DNA of 64,000 nt from Candidatus Wildermuthbacteria bacterium (GTDB taxonomy: Bacteria; Patescibacteriota; Minisyncoccia; Minisyncoccales; UBA10102): NCBI GenBank assembly GCA_016186115.1, contig JACPMK010000002.1:274323-338322 (forward strand), read 5' to 3'. Position 1 is the stretch's first letter. The number at the start of each line of letters is the position of its first letter. A model generated the notes under the pieces. It saw only the letters and a program-made list of their open reading frames with translations, was not told the origin of the DNA and ran no database searches. A program made the translations under genes and the position numbers. Positions 60,768 to 64,000 of the stretch are shown here, in pieces.

Positions 60768-63700
60768 TTAGCGGGACCAGTTCGCCATCATCTTATTGGC
60801 GTCGTAGAGATCAATTTTGTTCAGGGAAACATTGCTGGGACCGGAATTAATATCTGCTTCGGCAAGATCCTGAGCATTAGCACTCCCCCATTTAGAAAGG
60901 AGCCGGGACACATCGTAGATATCTATTTTTCCATCGCGCTTGTACTCGGCAAATTGGGTTTGCCCTGCATTATACCAGATATCTCCTAGTTTTGTTACGA
61001 GAATTTGCTTTGCATACATTACCTTTTCCTGATCAGCGAGTCGTTCCACATCAAGTTCATAGAGGCCGAGAAGCAGTGAAGAAAGATCGCTTGGAGCTAT
61101 AGAGGCCTCAACTCTCGTTGCGCTCACGGGAGTAAGCACGAACGATTTCTTTTCTACGCCTGCCTGAACCAAATGCGCAGCAAAACTGTCATTCGTAGTA
61201 AAATCAGTGCCATCAATACGAATGGTCTCCGATACACCCGCAAAGAGGTAGAGCTTGTTCAGCGAAGCAAGGGTAAATGATCGCGGCAACACCTCGATAC
61301 CATTAACCAACGCATTATTGACCGAAGCCGTAAATCCGATATTGAGCTGGCCATCACCGATCGAAACATTGACGGATTTTGCAATCGCAATATTGCGGCC
61401 GCCCGCTTCCCTAAATATATCAATATTGGTAATTGGCACCCCCTCCACGTTCGCATTGAATACCCGCTGCCCGGCAGCGGTAATACCTGTGTAGGTCTCT
61501 GCAAGATGAAGCCAAACCGTATAATTCCCGTTGGGAACGTTCAATGCATACCCCGTCATGCCATAGCGTTCGGTTTGGAATACTCTATCGTTGACACTAT
61601 TAGCAATGGCAATTGCTCCGCGATCTGCTGTCCATCCGCCGATAAACCCGCTGTCTGCCACCCATTTATTTCCTGACGTATCCACAAAGTCAGCGTTGCC
61701 GCCTGCTTCAATACGAACGACAGATGAAGGAATCGGCGTGGGTGCAGGAGATGTTGACGGCGTAGGCGTAGGCGTGGGAGTTGGTGTCGAGGTTGGTGTT
61801 GGAGTCGGCGTGGGAGTTGGTGTCGGCGTGGGAGTTGGGGTAGGCGTCGGGGTAGGTGTTGGCGTTGGCAAGGGAGCGCCGGTGCTATCAAACACCACTG
61901 CCACTGCCGAATATGCTGGAATTGTATAATTTACAATGGAGTTGTTTCCCGATGGAATAATCGTGCTTACTGGTTTTGCAGGAATGCCTGCCAATATATT
62001 CTTGAACGCAGTAACATTGCTGATTTGCACATCGGGAATGGTCACGCCGTTAATTCGTGTCTGATTTCCGGTGAATGAAGTTGGGTTGGCAAGAGAAGTG
62101 GGGTCTGTGCTAGTCATCTCATAGGCAACTCCGCTCGTTGCCTTAAATCCATTCAGGGTAATCGCGCTTGTTGCGGCTGCGGCTTTCAAATTCACCAGCA
62201 TCAGTTTTAATTTTCCGGGATCTTTGGCATCCGTACTTGCCCAGACCACCACATTCTGTTCAGGATCGCTGGTTGAACTCTGTACCATCATATCGCCAAA
62301 GTATTGAGCGTAGAGATACATGGTGCTGAAAATCGGCCGCACATCAAGGGCGGTGTCTCCGTTCGTTCCCAGCAAACCCCTTGAATTGCCCAGTCCTGTT
62401 CCTCCGTCTTCCAAACTGTAGTACGTGATGATATCAACGCCATTGTAGGCATGGCGGGCAAGCACATCAGCCAGCCAGATTGCAGCGAGATGATTGGAAT
62501 TAATCGGATTTTCATGCTGCACGGCGTGAGGCCCGAACTCGGTAATCGCCATCTCCAAGGTTGGATCTGTCGCACGATAGGGGTTTATTACTACTTGTTT
62601 CATTGATTCTGCAATACTGCGGCGATAACGGGTGCGATCCAGCCGCGCTTTGTTAATGCTGTCTCCCGGACAGCCAAAGCCATCCTGACAAGAGCCGACA
62701 GAGGTATTGTAATTCAACAACGCTTCAACTGAACCTCCCTGATAGGCAAAGGATCCCGTATTGGTGGTCCACTCGGTAAGCTGATACCAGTGCCATACCA
62801 ACACATCCAAGGCATTGCCGACTTTATTGCGCAACGCATCATACCAGCTGGTTTTGTCGGGCATGGTTGGCACCGGCCCCATCACTTTAATGGTGGGGTC
62901 TACTGCTTTCAGGGCGCTTTGGTATGCCGCAAAACGATTGGCATATTCGGTTGCATTTACACAGCCATCAAGATCGAGCTCATTTCCGATTTCCCAATAT
63001 GTAAAGTTGTATCCCTTTTCAACATTGGTGTATTTCAAAAGATCGGCCCACATTTTTGGATTGTTGTCGCATACATTCACCTGCACCATCATTTCAGCGC
63101 CCACTTGTTTTGCAACGTCAGCAGCAGCGTCAACCATTGGGGGCTTATACGCATGCGTATAGCTATAGGCGGCTCCTGTGCTTGGGTCAGTATAAGTCCA
63201 TGCTCCATCATCTGGCGCAGTATTGCTGCGGCTCCAGCCAGTCCGATTTGCCCATAGTCCTCCTGCGAAACGGATAATACCGGGTTTAAGAAGTTTTGTT
63301 ACCTCAACAATAGCGTTATGTTTTCCAACAGGACAACATTGGTATCCGGGACGATCCCATAATGCCTCATACAGCCAGTTCCACGTATTTGTGGCAACGC
63401 CGCGAATCATGCTCTTGAAAGGATACACGCTTGTGGTTGCGTTGACCGTAAGAGAGTAGGAACCAGATGGCAAAGGCGTCGGAGTCGGTGTTGGGGTAGG
63501 CGTCGGTGTTGGAGTGGGCGTCGGGGTTGGGGTTGGGGTTGGCGCTGGCGTGCCTCCTAGCGCAACGGGATTCTTCATCCAATCAAGAAGCTGGGAATGG
63601 GTAGCCAAACGAACATCAGGGAATTGGCCGTTGAGCAGCCAATTAAGAAAATCATTCATTGCCTGTTGTTTTTCCAATATACTTGCCGTGGGCACTCCCC

Positions 63701-64000
63701 CATTTGCCAAAGTATTTACCGGCCCCCATTCTTGTGAATGCGTGCAGATTGAGAATGGCGCGCGGTTGCCATTATACAACGTAAGGAAAGTATTTTTCAG
63801 GTCCTGAATATATTGCGCTCCTGTCTTGCCGGTATCAAACCAGTCCTTGTCGCAGTACGCGCTTTGTCCTGTTGCGTAGATTTGCGGAACTTCCCAGATG
63901 CCGGGAGTAGTGCCAAAATTGCGGGTATCCCATGTTGCCCCTCCCGGCCAGCCATTGTCGAGCGTTCCTGTCCACCATGCCGGAAGATTGGTAGAATGGC
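60768..64000 (-). CDS. Multidomain carbohydrate enzyme (5' partial): CE4-like deacetylase, clan-A glycoside hydrolase, malectin, dockerin-like
   Basis: Frame stays open beyond 63779 to the edge ([29 protein letters not shown]). GH motifs IIRFAGG, YWEIGNE, AITEFG. Malectin RIEAGG..FQTERYG..LHLAE..RVFN. Terminal [13 protein letters not shown] / [11 protein letters not shown]. Confidence 0.85.
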   Translation of the reverse strand, partial: HSTNLPAWWTGTLDNGWPGGATWDTRNFGTTPGIWEVPQIYATGQSAYCDKDWFDTGKTGAQYIQDLKNTFLTLYNGNRAPFSICTHSQEWGPVNTLANGGVPTASILEKQQAMNDFLNWLLNGQFPDVRLATHSQLLDWMKNPVALGGTPAPTPTPTPTPTPTPTPTPTPTPTPLPSGSYSLTVNATTSVYPFKSMIRGVATNTWNWLYEALWDRPGYQCCPVGKHNAIVEVTKLLKPGIIRFAGGLWANRTGWSRSNTAPDDGAWTYTDPSTGAAYSYTHAYKPPMVDAAADVAKQVGAEMMVQVNVCDNNPKMWADLLKYTNVEKGYNFTYWEIGNELDLDGCVNATEYANRFAAYQSALKAVDPTIKVMGPVPTMPDKTSWYDALRNKVGNALDVLVWHWYQLTEWTTNTGSFAYQGGSVEALLNYNTSVGSCQDGFGCPGDSINKARLDRTRYRRSIAESMKQVVINPYRATDPTLEMAITEFGPHAVQHENPINSNHLAAIWLADVLARHAYNGVDIITYYSLEDGGTGLGNSRGLLGTNGDTALDVRPIFSTMYLYAQYFGDMMVQSSTSDPEQNVVVWASTDAKDPGKLKLMLVNLKAAAATSAITLNGFKATSGVAYEMTSTDPTSLANPTSFTGNQTRINGVTIPDVQISNVTAFKNILAGIPAKPVSTIIPSGNNSIVNYTIPAYSAVAVVFDSTGAPLPTPTPTPTPTPTPTPTPTPTPTPTPTSTPTPTPTPTPSTSPAPTPIPSSVVRIEAGGNADFVDTSGNKWVADSGFIGGWTADRGAIAIANSVNDRVFQTERYGMTGYALNVPNGNYTVWLHLAETYTGITAAGQRVFNANVEGVPITNIDIFREAGGRNIAIAKSVNVSIGDGQLNIGFTASVNNALVNGIEVLPRSFTLASLNKLYLFAGVSETIRIDGTDFTTNDSFAAHLVQAGVEKKSFVLTPVSATRVEASIAPSDLSSLLLGLYELDVERLADQEKVMYAKQILVTKLGDIWYNAGQTQFAEYKRDGKIDIYDVSRLLSKWGSANAQDLAEADINSGPSNVSLNKIDLYDANKMMANWSR
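61735..61867 (-). repeat. Pro-Thr linker tandem repeat (coding)
   Basis: 6-nt period encoding (PT)n with variable third positions. Confidence 0.9.
63477..63552 (-). repeat. Pro-Thr linker tandem repeat (coding)
   Basis: 6-nt period encoding (PT)n. Confidence 0.9.

Noticed and set aside
61735-63552. Tandem repeats as a CRISPR array
   Set aside because: 6-nt period with no spacers; they encode Pro-Thr linkers. No cas genes were seen.

Overview
64 kb of a small-genome bacterial chromosome read in the standard code (TGA is used as a stop). Gene content and style point to CPR/Patescibacteria (Parcubacteria-like); this is an inference. The left third (1-20.9 kb, ending at tRNA-Asn) is accessory. 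It holds small membrane, metal and redox genes, a secreted GH113, rhlE, tspO, gene shards, a truncated AbiE-type toxin-antitoxin pair and a type I R-M locus. The hsdM-hsdS junction of that locus carries four extra genes with their own promoter: two winged-helix proteins, a HEPN-like/winged-helix protein and a membrane protein. The middle is core: rpoD, dnaG, two glgA plus GH57, lemA-htpX, groES-groL with CIRCE, uvrA/uvrC, secG, rnj, trpS, PMM/PGM, rpsF-ssb-rpsR, recA, ftsK, rpoC, rpoB, tRNA-Ser and tRNA-Leu. The right end encodes a cohesin/dockerin surface cluster: an anchored cohesin, a cohesin-dockerin adaptor, a pilin-like gene and a deacetylase-glycoside hydrolase-malectin-dockerin enzyme cut by the window edge. 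Best candidates for undescribed systems are the wHTH/wHTH/HEPN cassette nested in the R-M operon and the hierarchical cohesin-dockerin assembly. All family calls come from motif recognition by eye; no database searches were run.
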